54,857 nt of DNA, from contig JAICVI010000001.1 in assembly GCA_025935415.1 (NCBI GenBank), positions 1 to 54,857 of the forward strand, in the 5' to 3' direction. Within the stretch, counting starts at the first letter, position 1. The number at the start of each line of letters is the position of its first letter. Source of the stretch: Chloroflexota bacterium. GTDB taxonomy: Bacteria; Chloroflexota; Limnocylindria; Limnocylindrales; CSP1-4. The position numbers and the translations under genes were made by a program. Shown in pieces: positions 18,751 to 28,686 of this stretch. The notes beneath the pieces were generated by a model. The model ran no database searches and had not been told where the DNA came from. It was given only the letters and a program-made list of their open reading frames with translations.

Positions 18751-19869
18751 TCAGGTGTGGATCGTGGGCCCGAACCACACGGCCGCGGCGATGATCGCGT
18801 AGAGGCCCAGGAGCATCGCTCCCTCGAAGGCGTTCGCCTCGCCGTCGGTGACGATGAAGATCACGAGCAGCACGCTGACCGCGAGCGTGCCGAGCAGCAG
18901 CGGGCTGATGATCAGCGTCAGCGGGACCGGCGCGACGAAGAAGCTCAGCAGGACGATGACCGGCGTCAGGAACAGCACGATCTGGAGGGCCGAGTTCAGG
19001 ATCAGGCTCATCGAAAGGTCGCCGTTGCCCTTGGCGGCGGAGGTCACTCCCGCGAGATTCTCGACGGCGTTGCTGGCCAGGGCCACGACGATGAGGCCCG
19101 CGAAGGCTTCGCTCATGCCGATCGCGGCCATCGATGGCTGGAGCGCCTCGACGAACCAGTCGGCGACAAGCGCGGCGGAGCCGCCTGAAACGGCGAGCAG
19201 GGCGAGCGTCGGCATGAGCGGCGCGACCGGTTCCGGCGTGTCCGGATCGTCGTCCGAGGGGATTCGCGGCTTCGCCGCCGGCGTCTCGCCGGAGAGGCGG
19301 ATCGAGATCGGCACCGACGCGGCGAAGACGATCAGGAGCACGATCGCCACGAAGGCGGACAGCTCGGGCGCGTGGCCGTAGTCCGGCGCACCCGGCTGGG
19401 TCGCGAGGAATGGCACCGTCAGCGCGGCGACGCCAAGGAGCAGCTCGGTCGCGTAGAGGCGGTTCGCCGCCGCCGAGAACGTCAGCTTGCCGTTGCGGAG
19501 CCCGCCGACGAGCGTGGCGAGCCCGAGGACGAACAGCGAGTTGCCGAGCACCGAGCCAACGAGCGCGGCTGCGACGACCTGCACGAGGCCGGCCTGGAGC
19601 GCGAAGATCACGAGGAACAGCTCCGGCAGGTTGCCGAGGACCGATTGGACGACACCGGTCGCGGCCGGGGAAAGCCGGGTCGAGAGCCGCTCCGTCGATT
19701 CGCTGACGGCCACCGCCCCGGCCGCGAGCGCGACGATCGCCGCGACGAAGCGGACGAGCGGCGGCAGATCGAGCAGGTTGGTCGCCGCGACCAGCACGAA
19801 GGCTGCGGCGTATCCGCCGTAGATCCAGAGGCTTCGCCGGCCGATGTCGGGCACTGTGCCGGACATCAT
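18751..19869 (-). CDS. Ca2+/H+ (cation/proton) antiporter, CaCA family
   Basis: It is multi-TM with two alpha-repeat motifs, LGNLPELFLVIFALQAG and ASNAVENLAGVTSA. The start was taken at the ATGATG at 19869/19866. The track start is a TTG at 19899. Confidence 0.82.
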   Translation of the reverse strand: MMSGTVPDIGRRSLWIYGGYAAAFVLVAATNLLDLPPLVRFVAAIVALAAGAVAVSESTERLSTRLSPAATGVVQSVLGNLPELFLVIFALQAGLVQVVAAALVGSVLGNSLFVLGLATLVGGLRNGKLTFSAAANRLYATELLLGVAALTVPFLATQPGAPDYGHAPELSAFVAIVLLIVFAASVPISIRLSGETPAAKPRIPSDDDPDTPEPVAPLMPTLALLAVSGGSAALVADWFVEALQPSMAAIGMSEAFAGLIVVALASNAVENLAGVTSAAKGNGDLSMSLILNSALQIVLFLTPVIVLLSFFVAPVPLTLIISPLLLGTLAVSVLLVIFIVTDGEANAFEGAMLLGLYAIIAAAVWFGPTIHT

Positions 19870-19916
19870 CCGGGATTCGCGGGTGGCCCCGCGCGTCAAG
19901 CATCGGCGCGATAGCG

Positions 19917-21242
19917 TTGCAGCCGATGGGAGAGACGGGAGGAGAGACCTCCGCGGCCGCCGCCGCGCGCGCGACGCAGGCCCGGAACTGGCGCCTCGTG
20001 CAGGCCGATTCGATGTTCATCGGCATCGTCAACGCCTCGAGCACGTTCCTGCCGGTCTTCCTCCTGCGGCTCGGCGCCTCCGCCAACGACATCGGCCTGC
20101 TGACGGCCCTGCCGGCGCTCACCGCGTTCCTGCTGGCGATCCCGTTCGGGCGGATGCTCCAGGCCCGCGGCCGGATCGTGCTGTGGTACAGCCGGCTGCG
20201 GCTCGCGGCGTGGTCCAGCTACGCGCTGATCGCGGGCGCCGTCGCGCTGCTCCCGCGAGAGGACGCGGTGCCGATTGCGCTCCTCATCTGGGGGCTCGCG
20301 TCCCTGCCCTCGACCGCTGCGCTGGTCGCCTTCCCGCTGGTGATGGACGGCGCCGCCGGGCCGGGTGGGCGGTTCGAGCTCCTGGGCCGGCGCTGGGCGA
20401 TCGCCGGCGTCTCGGCGATCGTGGCGGTCACCCTCGGCGGGCAGTTCCTCACCGCCGTGTCCTTCCCGCACAACTACGAGGCGCTGCTCCTGATCGTCAC
20501 GCTGGGGGGATTCGGCAGCTTCCTCCAGTCGAGCCGGATCTCGATCGCGGACCACGTCCGGACGCCCGAGGTCGAGCAGGCGCCGCGCCTCGAGCGGCTT
20601 CGAGCGCTATGGCGCGTGGTGACCTCGAACCGGCCGTTCGTCGGCTACGAGCTTCGGACGTTGACGTACATCACCAGCCTGGGGCTGGCGCTGCCCGTGC
20701 TGCCACTGTTCTACGTGCACGACCTTGCCGCGTCGGACGCCTGGATCGGGATCATCGGCGCGGCCGGGTCCGCGGGCTCGGTTCTCGGCTACACGACGCT
20801 CAGGCGGGTCGCGCGCAGTCGCGGCGGCACCGCGATCCTCCTCCCGGCGCTGATCGCGGCCGCTGCCACGACGGCGTTGATGAGCATCGTCAACTGGCTG
20901 CCAGCGGTCGCCGTGATCGCCTTCGCGGCGGGCATCGCGGCCGCTGGCGCGCAGCTGGCGTTGTTCGATCGGATGATGCGGACCTTCCCGAAGGAGCTCG
21001 GCGTCACCTTCAGCTCGGTCGACCAGAGCGTCCAGAACTTCGCCCTCGTCGTGTCGCCCACGCTCGCGGGCGTCCTCGCGGTCGCCCTCGGCAGTCGCCA
21101 GACGCTCCTCCTCACCGGGGCGGTCGGGTTCGTCGCCGTCGCGCTGTTCGCGTGGCAGGCGCGGTCATCGCGAATCGCGCGTTCGGCGCTGCCCATTGGC
21201 TCGCCGCCGAGCGGCGGGAGCGAGGCCGCACCTCCCGCCTGA
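19917..21242 (+). CDS. MFS transporter
   Basis: This 441-aa protein has about 12 hydrophobic helices and a basic loop, FGRMLQARGR, after TM2. It is divergent from the antiporter. The start is ambiguous between TTG 19917 and ATG 19926. Confidence 0.75.
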   Translation: MQPMGETGGETSAAAAARATQARNWRLVQADSMFIGIVNASSTFLPVFLLRLGASANDIGLLTALPALTAFLLAIPFGRMLQARGRIVLWYSRLRLAAWSSYALIAGAVALLPREDAVPIALLIWGLASLPSTAALVAFPLVMDGAAGPGGRFELLGRRWAIAGVSAIVAVTLGGQFLTAVSFPHNYEALLLIVTLGGFGSFLQSSRISIADHVRTPEVEQAPRLERLRALWRVVTSNRPFVGYELRTLTYITSLGLALPVLPLFYVHDLAASDAWIGIIGAAGSAGSVLGYTTLRRVARSRGGTAILLPALIAAAATTALMSIVNWLPAVAVIAFAAGIAAAGAQLALFDRMMRTFPKELGVTFSSVDQSVQNFALVVSPTLAGVLAVALGSRQTLLLTGAVGFVAVALFAWQARSSRIARSALPIGSPPSGGSEAAPPA

Positions 21243-21403
21243 CGGTCGCTGATCCGGGATTTTCGGGTCACCCGGCGGGTCCGTGGTGCTAACCTGCCCG
21301 CACTCGCGACCGGTATCAGCCCCGAGGCGCGAAGCAGGAGCAGCCCTGCGATCTCCGGGACGTCCGTCCCGATTGGCGCAGAGTTGCCGAGGAGGAGACC
21401 AGC

Positions 21404-23182
21404 ATGACCCGTGCCTATGGACGACTGCCGAGATTCGCGACGCTCGTCGCGGGCTTCGCGATCGTCGCGGCGGCCTGTTCGCCGGCTGCGCCCACCACGG
21501 CGCCGTCGACGGGGGCGGCAACCACCCCACCAGCCAGCCAGGGACCCGTCGCGAGCGCCGCGGCGGAGAAGTACCCGGCGACCGGCGAGGTCACCTGCGC
21601 CAACGGTGCCACCCCCGGTTCCTTCGACGGCGAGGAATACAAGGGCAAGGTCAAGTCGATCGAGGCGCCCGACGCCTACACGGTCATCTTCAACCTCTGC
21701 TCGACCGACACCGCGTTCCTCGAGAAGATGGCGTTCTCCGTCTTCTCGATCTATGACTCGGACTGGCTCGACGCCAACGTCCCGAGCGGCAAGGCGCTGA
21801 CGACCATGAACGGCACCGGCGCGTTCAAGCTCGACCAGTGGCAGGCCGGCGCCGAGATCGACTACAGCGCCTTCGACGGCTACTGGGGCGACAAGGCGGC
21901 CGCGGCCCATGCAGTGCTCCGCTGGGGCTCCGAGTCGGCGCAGCGCCTCAACGAGCTTCGCAGCGGCAACATCGAGGGCATGACCCTCGTCGGCGCGAAC
22001 GACTTCGACGCGGTCGCGAACGACGCGTCGCTGCAGCTCTCGTCGCCGCCCGCGGGCACGAACCTCAACACCTTCTACCTGGGCATGAACCACGACATCA
22101 AGCCGTGGGACAACGACCTGGTCCGCCAGGCCGTCAGCTACGCGATCGACAAGCAGCGGCTGGTGGACAACTTCTACCCGCCCGGCTCCGAGGCCGCGAA
22201 GTACTTCACGCCATGCGCGCTCGAGTTCGCGTGCGGTGGCGATCCATTCCCGGATTTCTCCGTGCAGAAGGCCAAGGACCTGCTCGCCCAGGCGGGCTAC
22301 CCGAACGGCTTCGAGACGAAGCTCCAGTTCCGCCCCGCGGTCCGCGGCTACCTGCCGCAGCCGCCGCAGATCGCCGAAGAGCTGCAGTCGCAGCTGGCCG
22401 CGGTCGGCATCAAGGTGACCCTCGACCAGCAGGACGATGCCCAGTACATCGTCAACTCCAACACCGGCAAGCTGGACGGGCTGTTCATGCTCGGCTGGGG
22501 CGCCGACTACCCCGAGATCACCAACTTCATGGACTACCACTTCGGTGCCGGCTGCACGGCCGCCTTCGGCAAGTGCTACCCGGACATCGCCACGGAGCTC
22601 GCCACCGGCGGGGCCACGACCGACGCGGCAACCCGGACGACCGCCTACGCCAACGCCAACAGCGCGCTCGTCAAGGACGTGCCGATGGTTCCGCTGGCGC
22701 ACGGCGCGTTCGCGAACGCCTACGTCAAGGACCTCACGGTGGCCCAGGCGTCACCGCTGTCGAACGAGCTCCTGTTCCGCATGAACGTGCCCAGCGGTGG
22801 CGACACCCTGCGCTTCATGCAGAACTCCGAGCCCGGGTCGGTGTTCTGCGCCGACGAGACGGACGGCGAGGCCCTGCGCGCCTGCGAGCAGTCGATGGAG
22901 GGCCTCTACGGGTTCGAGATCAACGGCAGCAAGCCGATCCCCGCGCTCGCCACGAGCTGCGATCCGAACGCCGATGGCACGGTCTGGACCTGCCACCTGC
23001 GCCAGGGCGTCAAGTTCCATGACGGGTCCGACTTCACCGCCCACGACGTGATCGCGTCCATGGCGCTCCAGTGGGATGCGGGCAATCCGCTCCACAAGGG
23101 CAAGTCGAGCCAGTTCGAGTATTGGGCCGGCCTGTGGGGTGACTACCTCCACGCGTCGAAGCAGCCCGCTGCTCCGGAATGA
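21404..23182 (+). CDS. ABC transporter substrate-binding protein, family 5 (peptide/nickel type), lipoprotein
   Basis: A lipobox-like signal, LVAGFAIVAAACS, is present. Length and sequence are typical of DppA/OppA-like binding proteins. A GAGGAGGAG RBS precedes it. The cognate permeases and ATPases follow. Confidence 0.88.
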   Translation: MTRAYGRLPRFATLVAGFAIVAAACSPAAPTTAPSTGAATTPPASQGPVASAAAEKYPATGEVTCANGATPGSFDGEEYKGKVKSIEAPDAYTVIFNLCSTDTAFLEKMAFSVFSIYDSDWLDANVPSGKALTTMNGTGAFKLDQWQAGAEIDYSAFDGYWGDKAAAAHAVLRWGSESAQRLNELRSGNIEGMTLVGANDFDAVANDASLQLSSPPAGTNLNTFYLGMNHDIKPWDNDLVRQAVSYAIDKQRLVDNFYPPGSEAAKYFTPCALEFACGGDPFPDFSVQKAKDLLAQAGYPNGFETKLQFRPAVRGYLPQPPQIAEELQSQLAAVGIKVTLDQQDDAQYIVNSNTGKLDGLFMLGWGADYPEITNFMDYHFGAGCTAAFGKCYPDIATELATGGATTDAATRTTAYANANSALVKDVPMVPLAHGAFANAYVKDLTVAQASPLSNELLFRMNVPSGGDTLRFMQNSEPGSVFCADETDGEALRACEQSMEGLYGFEINGSKPIPALATSCDPNADGTVWTCHLRQGVKFHDGSDFTAHDVIASMALQWDAGNPLHKGKSSQFEYWAGLWGDYLHASKQPAAPE

Positions 23183-23189
23183 GCCCGAC

Positions 23190-23207
23190 TTTTGTTTTTT
23201 TTCTTTT
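23190..23207 (+). other. T-rich tract (16 of 18 nt are T) in the SBP-permease spacer
   Basis: TTTTGTTTTTTTTCTTTT is read directly from the sequence. It lies between the SBP stop (23182) and the permease GTG (23260). An imperfect hairpin, AGGGGTGCCGG...CCGGGGCCCCT, follows it. Confidence 0.8.
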
Positions 23208-23259
23208 AGGGGTGCCGGGTGTGGCCGGGGCCCCTTCCGTTACCTGGGACCGGCCGCCC

Positions 23260-24399
23260 GTGATCCGATTCGTCGTGCGACGCCTGCTGATCAGCATCCC
23301 CGTGATCTTCGGCGTCGTGTTCATCGTGTTCCTGCTGTCACGGATCGTCCCCGGCGATCCGTGTGTCGCGGCGCTCGGCGAGCACGCCAACCCGAAGAGC
23401 TGCGAGGCGTTCAACGCCCGGATCGGGCTCGGCCTGCCGATCCTCCCCTTCGTCAGCAAGAGCGGGTCCGACTACAGCCTCACCGCTGACCCAGGCTCGA
23501 TCACCAACAACCAGTTCTTCGTCTACCTCGGCGACCTCGCGCACGGCGACCTCGGGACGTCCGTCAAGCACGGCAAGCCCGTGACGGAGCTCCTGTTCGA
23601 ACGATTGCCGACGACGATCGAGCTGACCTTCTACGCCCTGCTCTTCGCGATCGTCGTGGGGGTGACGCTCGGGATCGTCGCGGCGTCCCGGCACAACTCG
23701 AAGCGCGACGTGCTCTCGATGATGTTCGCGAACCTGGGCGTCTCGATCCCGGTGTTCGTGCTGGGACTGATGCTCGCCTACGCCTTCGGCGTGCTCCTCA
23801 AGGACACGCCCTTCAGCCTGCCGCCCTCGGGCCGGCTGAGCGCGGGGTTCCGGTTCGACACCATCCCCGAGGCTTGGGGCATGACCGGCCTGACCGGCGT
23901 GCCCCGCGGGATCCTCGACTTCCTCTCGAACATGTATACGATCAATGGGCTGGTGACGGGCCAGTTCGGGCTGTTCGTGGAGGCGATCCGGCACCTGATC
24001 TTGCCGGCCATCGCGCTCGGGACGATCCCGATGGCGATCATCGCCCGGATGACCCGCTCCAGCCTCCTCGACGTCCTCGGCCGCGAGTACGTACGGACGG
24101 CGGAGGCGAAGGGCCTCCGGCCGCGCCTCGTGCTCTTCCGCCACGGGCTGCGGAACGCGCTGCTGCCCGTCGTGACGGTGATCGGGCTGTCCGTGGCGAG
24201 CCTCCTGTCCGGGGCCGTGTTGACCGAGACGATCTTCGGGCTCACGGGGATCGGGCTGACGGTGTTCGAGTCGATCTCAGCGCGCGACTACGTCGTGATC
24301 CAGGGCATGGCCCTCCTCGTGGCCCTGATCTACGTCGTCGTGAACCTGATCACGGACGTGAGCTACGGGCTCCTCGACCCGCGGGTGCGGGTGTCATGA
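23260..24399 (+). CDS. ABC transporter permease (DppB/OppB type)
   Basis: The GTG at 23260 gives the canonical N-terminus IRFVVRRLLISIPVIFGVVFIVFLL. An EAA-like loop is present (YVRTAEAKGLRPRLVLFRHGLRNALLP). Confidence 0.88.
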   Translation: MIRFVVRRLLISIPVIFGVVFIVFLLSRIVPGDPCVAALGEHANPKSCEAFNARIGLGLPILPFVSKSGSDYSLTADPGSITNNQFFVYLGDLAHGDLGTSVKHGKPVTELLFERLPTTIELTFYALLFAIVVGVTLGIVAASRHNSKRDVLSMMFANLGVSIPVFVLGLMLAYAFGVLLKDTPFSLPPSGRLSAGFRFDTIPEAWGMTGLTGVPRGILDFLSNMYTINGLVTGQFGLFVEAIRHLILPAIALGTIPMAIIARMTRSSLLDVLGREYVRTAEAKGLRPRLVLFRHGLRNALLPVVTVIGLSVASLLSGAVLTETIFGLTGIGLTVFESISARDYVVIQGMALLVALIYVVVNLITDVSYGLLDPRVRVS

Positions 24400-25340
24400 G
24401 CGACGTCGCGATCGGTGCCGGCAAGCCGCTCCCGGATGTCACCGAGGAGGCGCGGGTTGGCAGGCGCCGTGGCGTCATCGCCCGGCTCCTGCGCCAGCGC
24501 TCGGCGGTGGTGGGCCTGCTGCTCCTGGGCTTCCTGGTCCTGGTGGCACTGCTTGCCGACGTCCTGGCGACCCACGATCCGATCAAGGTCCTGCTCGGCG
24601 TCGAGCCCGGGATCCGGCCGCGGACGCCGCCCTGCGTCCACCTCCTCGGCTGCACCGCCAGCCTGCCGGAGCACATCCTCGGCCTCGATGGCAACGGCCG
24701 CGACGAGTACAGCCGTCTGATCTTCGGGACGCGCGTCTCGCTGTTCATCGGCTTCGTGACGGTGTTCGGCGCGATCCTCATCGGGACCGTCATCGGCGCC
24801 GTCGCGGGCTATGCGGGCGGCCGTACGGACAACATCCTGATGCGCCTGATGGACATGCTTTTGGCGTTTCCGGCCCTGCTCCTTGCGCTGGTGATCGTCA
24901 CCGTCCTCGGCAAGGGGCTCATCAACGCCATGGTCGCCGTGGCGATCGTGTCCATCCCGGTCTATGCGCGCGTCATGCGCGCCTCGGTGCTCTCGATCCG
25001 GGAGCTCGACTACGTGACCGCGGCCAGGGCGCTCGGCGATTCGCCGATGAGCATCCTGCTGCGGCGCGTCGTCCCGAACTCGCTGACGCCGCTCATCGTG
25101 CAGGCGACGCTCGGGATCGGCACGGCTGTCCTGGAGGTCGCGGCGCTGTCCTTCCTCGGGCTGGCGGCGCAGGCCCCGACGGCCGAGTGGGGCACGATGA
25201 TCGGGAACGAGCGGAACCAGCTGTTCACGGCACCGTGGCTGATCCTCGCCCCCGGCGTCGCTCTGACCATCACGGTGCTCGCCTTCAACCTGCTGGGCGA
25301 CGGCCTCCGCGACGCGCTCGATCCGAGGCTGTCCGGATGA
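24396..25340 (+). CDS. ABC transporter permease (DppC/OppC type)
   Basis: The ATG at 24396 overlaps the upstream stop (ATGA). Sequence matches are [17 protein letters not shown] and [23 protein letters not shown]. Confidence 0.88.
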   Translation: MSDVAIGAGKPLPDVTEEARVGRRRGVIARLLRQRSAVVGLLLLGFLVLVALLADVLATHDPIKVLLGVEPGIRPRTPPCVHLLGCTASLPEHILGLDGNGRDEYSRLIFGTRVSLFIGFVTVFGAILIGTVIGAVAGYAGGRTDNILMRLMDMLLAFPALLLALVIVTVLGKGLINAMVAVAIVSIPVYARVMRASVLSIRELDYVTAARALGDSPMSILLRRVVPNSLTPLIVQATLGIGTAVLEVAALSFLGLAAQAPTAEWGTMIGNERNQLFTAPWLILAPGVALTITVLAFNLLGDGLRDALDPRLSG

Positions 25341-26557
25341 GCGGCCCGACGGCCCAGGTCGAGGAGCTCGTGCCCGAATCGCGGCGACCGGCGAGGCACG
25401 CCGCCGGCGACGTGCTGCTGGACGTGCGCGGCCTGGCGACATCGTTCAAGACGAGCGAGGGCACCGTTCGCGCGGTCACGGGCGTCGACTTCACCGTTCG
25501 CCGCGGCGAGATCCTCGGGCTGGTCGGCGAATCCGGCTGCGGCAAGAGCGTGACCTCGCTCTCGATCATGCGACTGATCAATCCGCCGGGGCGGATCGAT
25601 TCGGGCCAGGTCCTCTTCGATGGGCAGGACCTCCTGCGGCTCTCGCCCGGCGACATGCGGCAGGTCCGGGGCAACCGCATCTCGATGATCTTCCAGCAGC
25701 CGACGTCGGCCCTGAACCCGGTGCTCGACATCGGCTTTCAGATCGGCGAGGTCCTCGAGACCCACCGCCACATGAAGCGCAAGGCCGCGCGGGCCCGGGC
25801 GCTGGAGCTCCTGCGGATGGTCGGCATCGCGGATCCGGAACGACGCCTGAAGGCTTTCCCGCACGAGACCTCCGGCGGGATGGCCCAGCGCGTCATGATC
25901 GCGATGGCCCTCGCCTGCGAGCCGGAGCTGCTCATCGCCGACGAGCCGACGACGGCCCTCGACGTCACCATCCAGGCGCAGATCCTGGACCTGATGCGGC
26001 GCCTCCAGCAGGAGACGGGCACGGCGATCATCCTGATCACCCACGACCTCGGAGTCGTTGCCGAGATGGCCGACAGGATCGCGGTCATGTACGCCGGCGA
26101 GGTCGTGGAGCAGTCCGACACGCCGACGCTCTTCCGCGACCCGCGCCACCCCTACACGAAGGGCCTCATCGCCTCGATCCCGGTCCTCGGCGAGCTGCGC
26201 GACGAGCTCGCGGTCATCCCCGGCAACGTGCCCAACCTGATCGACCTGCCGACGGCCTGCCGGTTCGCGCCCCGATGCCTGTCGCGGGTCGAGGAATCCG
26301 TGGAGCTGAGCACGGAGCGCCATCCGGTGCTGCTCCCGGTCGCGCCGAACCACGACGTCCGGTGCTGGATGTACCACGACCCCGATGGCCGGCTGATCCG
26401 GACCTCGGCGCCGGCTTCGTTCCGTCCCGGGGCGAGCGCGATCTCCGGCAGCGTCGCGATCGACGAACGTGGCGACGTCGACGTCCTCGGGGGCGCGCAG
26501 CCCGAAGCGCCGGGGCATCACGAGGACGCGGTCCATCACGAGGAGCCACGGCCGTGA
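25337..26557 (+). CDS. ABC transporter ATP-binding protein (DppD/OppD type) with a His-containing C-terminal tail
   Basis: Walker A is GESGCGKS, the signature is SGGMAQR, and Walker B is [12 protein letters not shown]. The ATGA start overlaps the previous stop. The tail is ...[17 protein letters not shown]. Confidence 0.9.
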   Translation: MSGPTAQVEELVPESRRPARHAAGDVLLDVRGLATSFKTSEGTVRAVTGVDFTVRRGEILGLVGESGCGKSVTSLSIMRLINPPGRIDSGQVLFDGQDLLRLSPGDMRQVRGNRISMIFQQPTSALNPVLDIGFQIGEVLETHRHMKRKAARARALELLRMVGIADPERRLKAFPHETSGGMAQRVMIAMALACEPELLIADEPTTALDVTIQAQILDLMRRLQQETGTAIILITHDLGVVAEMADRIAVMYAGEVVEQSDTPTLFRDPRHPYTKGLIASIPVLGELRDELAVIPGNVPNLIDLPTACRFAPRCLSRVEESVELSTERHPVLLPVAPNHDVRCWMYHDPDGRLIRTSAPASFRPGASAISGSVAIDERGDVDVLGGAQPEAPGHHEDAVHHEEPRP

Positions 26558-27657
26558 GCGCCGCTTTGCCGGTCCCGCCGTCGGCAGCGACCGGGGGCGC
26601 GTCCGGCGCTCCGGCCGCGCGAGGCGGCGCGGCGCGTGGCGTTTCCGCGGAGCCACTGGTCGAGGTCCGCGGGCTCGTCAAGCACTTCCCGGTTCGCGGC
26701 GGGATGCTGCAGCGGACGGTCGCGCAGGTCCAGGCAGTCGACGGTGTCGACCTGGAGATCCACCGCGGCGAGACGCTCGGGCTCGTCGGGGAATCGGGTT
26801 GCGGCAAGACGACCGTCGGAAGGCTGATCCTCCGGCTGATCGACCCCACCGCGGGCTCGATCCGGTTCGACGGGGCGGACGTCACGGGGCTTCGCGGCGC
26901 GGAGCTGAAGCCGCTGCGACGGCGGATGCAGATCATCTTCCAGGATCCCTACGCGTCCCTCGATCCGCGCGTGCCGATCGGCGACAGCATCGGTGACGGC
27001 CTGCGCGTGCATGCGATCGGCACGCCGAAGGAGCAGCGCGAGAAGGTCCGTCGGATCATGGACCTCGTCGGCCTGCAGCCGTACCACGCTCGCCGCTTCC
27101 CGCACGAGTTCTCCGGGGGGCAGCGCCAGCGCATCGGCATCGCCCGGGCGCTCGTGCTCGAGCCGGACCTGGTCGTCTGCGACGAGCCCGTCTCGGCGCT
27201 CGACGTCTCCATCCAGGCCCAGGTCCTGAACCTGCTCAAGTCCCTGCAGCGTGAGCTCGGGCTGACGTACCTGTTCATCGCCCACAACATGGGCGTCGTC
27301 GAGCACATCTCGGACCGCGTCGCGGTCATGTACCTGGGGCGCGTGGCCGAGATCGCGGACCGTCGCGACCTCTTCACCGACGGCCAGCACCCCTACACGC
27401 AGGCGCTGCTGTCCGCCATCCCGATCCCGGATCCGGAGCTGCGGCGCCGGCGCATCATCCTGGCCGGCGACGTGCCCTCACCCGTTGCCCCACCGCCCGG
27501 CTGCCGCTTCCACCCTCGCTGCCCGCTGCGCGCCGAGCTCGGGAACCCGCACGTCTGCGAGACGACGGATCCTCCGCTCAAGCCGATCGGTGGGTCGGAT
27601 CACGCGGTTGCCTGCCACTTCCGCGGAGACGCGGCGCTGGAGCAGCCGGTCACGTAG
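26554..27657 (+). CDS. ABC transporter ATP-binding protein (DppF/OppF type)
   Basis: The GTG at 26554 overlaps the previous stop (GTGA). Walker A is GESGCGKTT, the signature is SGGQRQR, and Walker B is [12 protein letters not shown]. Confidence 0.9.
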   Translation: MSAALPVPPSAATGGASGAPAARGGAARGVSAEPLVEVRGLVKHFPVRGGMLQRTVAQVQAVDGVDLEIHRGETLGLVGESGCGKTTVGRLILRLIDPTAGSIRFDGADVTGLRGAELKPLRRRMQIIFQDPYASLDPRVPIGDSIGDGLRVHAIGTPKEQREKVRRIMDLVGLQPYHARRFPHEFSGGQRQRIGIARALVLEPDLVVCDEPVSALDVSIQAQVLNLLKSLQRELGLTYLFIAHNMGVVEHISDRVAVMYLGRVAEIADRRDLFTDGQHPYTQALLSAIPIPDPELRRRRIILAGDVPSPVAPPPGCRFHPRCPLRAELGNPHVCETTDPPLKPIGGSDHAVACHFRGDAALEQPVT

Positions 27658-27741
27658 CGTCGCGCACCCGCTCCTGGACAGCGAACAGGCATTGGGGGTT
27701 CGCACCTCGGTCGCCTGGAGGATAAACTTCGGGCCTGCCGA

Positions 27742-27817
27742 GCGGGAGTAACTCAGCTGGCAGAGTGTCTGCTTCCCAAGCAGAATGTCGCGGGTTCGAA
27801 TCCCGTCTCCCGCTCCA
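27742..27817 (+). tRNA. tRNA-Gly (anticodon CCC), with encoded CCA
   Basis: The sequence is GCGGGAG-TA-ACTC-AGCTGGC-AGAGT-G-TCTGC-TTCCCAA-GCAGA-ATGTC-GCGGG-TTCGAAT-CCCGT-CTCCCGC-T-CCA. It has a 7-bp acceptor stem, a 5-bp anticodon stem, the loop TTCCCAA and the T-loop TTCGAAT. Confidence 0.93.
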
Positions 27818-27825
27818 CCCCTTTC

Positions 27826-28281
27826 CTAGGCCTCGAGCTCGTCGATGTAGAGCACTTCGAGGTTTGCGAGAGATCGAATTCGCCGATCGTTGGTGACGAA
27901 GGCCGTCGCGACCGTCCGCGCGGTTGCGACGTGGAGCGCATCCGCCAGCTGCAGCTGTCTCTGCCCTCTGAGCCAGGCCGCGTCCTCCGCGATGGCCCCG
28001 GAGACCGGCACGATGTCGATGGCGAGGTCTCGAAGCTCAGAGGCCGTTTCCTCGAACCGGGCGGCGTCCCCGCCACGCGCGGGGCCGACCAGCACTTCGG
28101 CTACGGCGAGCGCCGACACGGAACCCTTGAACACCCCCTGGTCGGCGGCGTCGATCACCGCAGCCGCGAGGGTCGCCCATGGCTCGCTGCCGTCCAGCAG
28201 GTAGATCAGGACGTCAGCGTCGATCGCTACCCGGGGATGACGTGCCGCGAGATCCTCGACCGTCCACCTCTGCCGGACCAT
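27826..28281 (-). CDS. vapC: PIN-domain toxin (VapC family)
   Basis: The ATG at 28281 has GGAGGA 6 nt upstream. PIN acidic residues lie in VAIDADVLIYLL, ...AEVL... and FVTNDRR. The stop is 9 nt from the tRNA-Gly 3' end, in convergent orientation. Confidence 0.8.
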   Translation of the reverse strand: MVRQRWTVEDLAARHPRVAIDADVLIYLLDGSEPWATLAAAVIDAADQGVFKGSVSALAVAEVLVGPARGGDAARFEETASELRDLAIDIVPVSGAIAEDAAWLRGQRQLQLADALHVATARTVATAFVTNDRRIRSLANLEVLYIDELEA

Positions 28282-28519
28282 GGCGATCCTCCATCTCGGC
28301 CCTGAGCTCGCGCACGTACCGCTCGGGATCCGAGCCGTAGGCGCCAGCTGCGAGCCCACGGAGGCGCGCCGACGCCCGTGCGGGGCGGAGCCGCAGCACG
28401 AGCTCGTCGTCGCGGACGAGGACGGTCAGCCTATCCCCGGCATGGATCCCGAGGCGCCGCCTCGCCTCGCTTGGCAGCGCGATCTGATGCTTGGTGCTGA
28501 CCTTTGCGCTAAGCGGCAT
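28214..28519 (-). CDS. vapB: AbrB/SpoVT-type antitoxin (VapB family)
   Basis: The N-terminus is MPLSAKVSTKHQIALPSEARRRLGIHAGDRLTVLV, a looped-hinge-helix DNA-binding fold. The last 68 nt overlap vapC. Third-position GC in that overlap favours the vapC frame. Confidence 0.75.
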   Translation of the reverse strand: MPLSAKVSTKHQIALPSEARRRLGIHAGDRLTVLVRDDELVLRLRPARASARLRGLAAGAYGSDPERYVRELRAEMEDRHGPAEVDGRGSRGTSSPGSDRR

Positions 28520-28535
28520 GCCATGATGCTAAGCG
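28508..28535. promoter_or_regulatory. Candidate vapBC operator: GCTAAGCG direct repeat flanking the vapB start codon
   Basis: GCTAAGCG occurs at 28508-28515 and again at 28528-28535, with 20-nt start-to-start spacing. The two copies bracket the vapB ATG (28519) and a GCATGCCATGATGC palindromic core. Confidence 0.35.
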
Positions 28536-28686
28536 ACGAGCGGTGCGGGGTCAACCTCGTGCAGCTGCCGGACGAGATCGACATCCGGTCGCGCGCCGAC
28601 TATCGTGCCGGCCTGCCCGGCCGTGACTGCCAGCGCGACCGGCCGTATCGGAGGCGAGCTGCGTTGGTCGATGCCGTGATGCTGCC

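Noticed and set aside
23161-23207. The T-rich tract as a classical intrinsic terminator of the binding-protein gene.
   Set aside because: The only upstream hairpin (AGCAG-CCCG-CTGCT) is 5 bp and about 15 nt from the T run. The stronger hairpin lies downstream of the tract, which is the wrong geometry.
25337-26557. The His-containing tail ([10 protein letters not shown]) of the first ABC ATPase as evidence for nickel specificity of the importer.
   Set aside because: Four histidines in a disordered tail are too weak a signal. Substrate cannot be assigned from sequence here.
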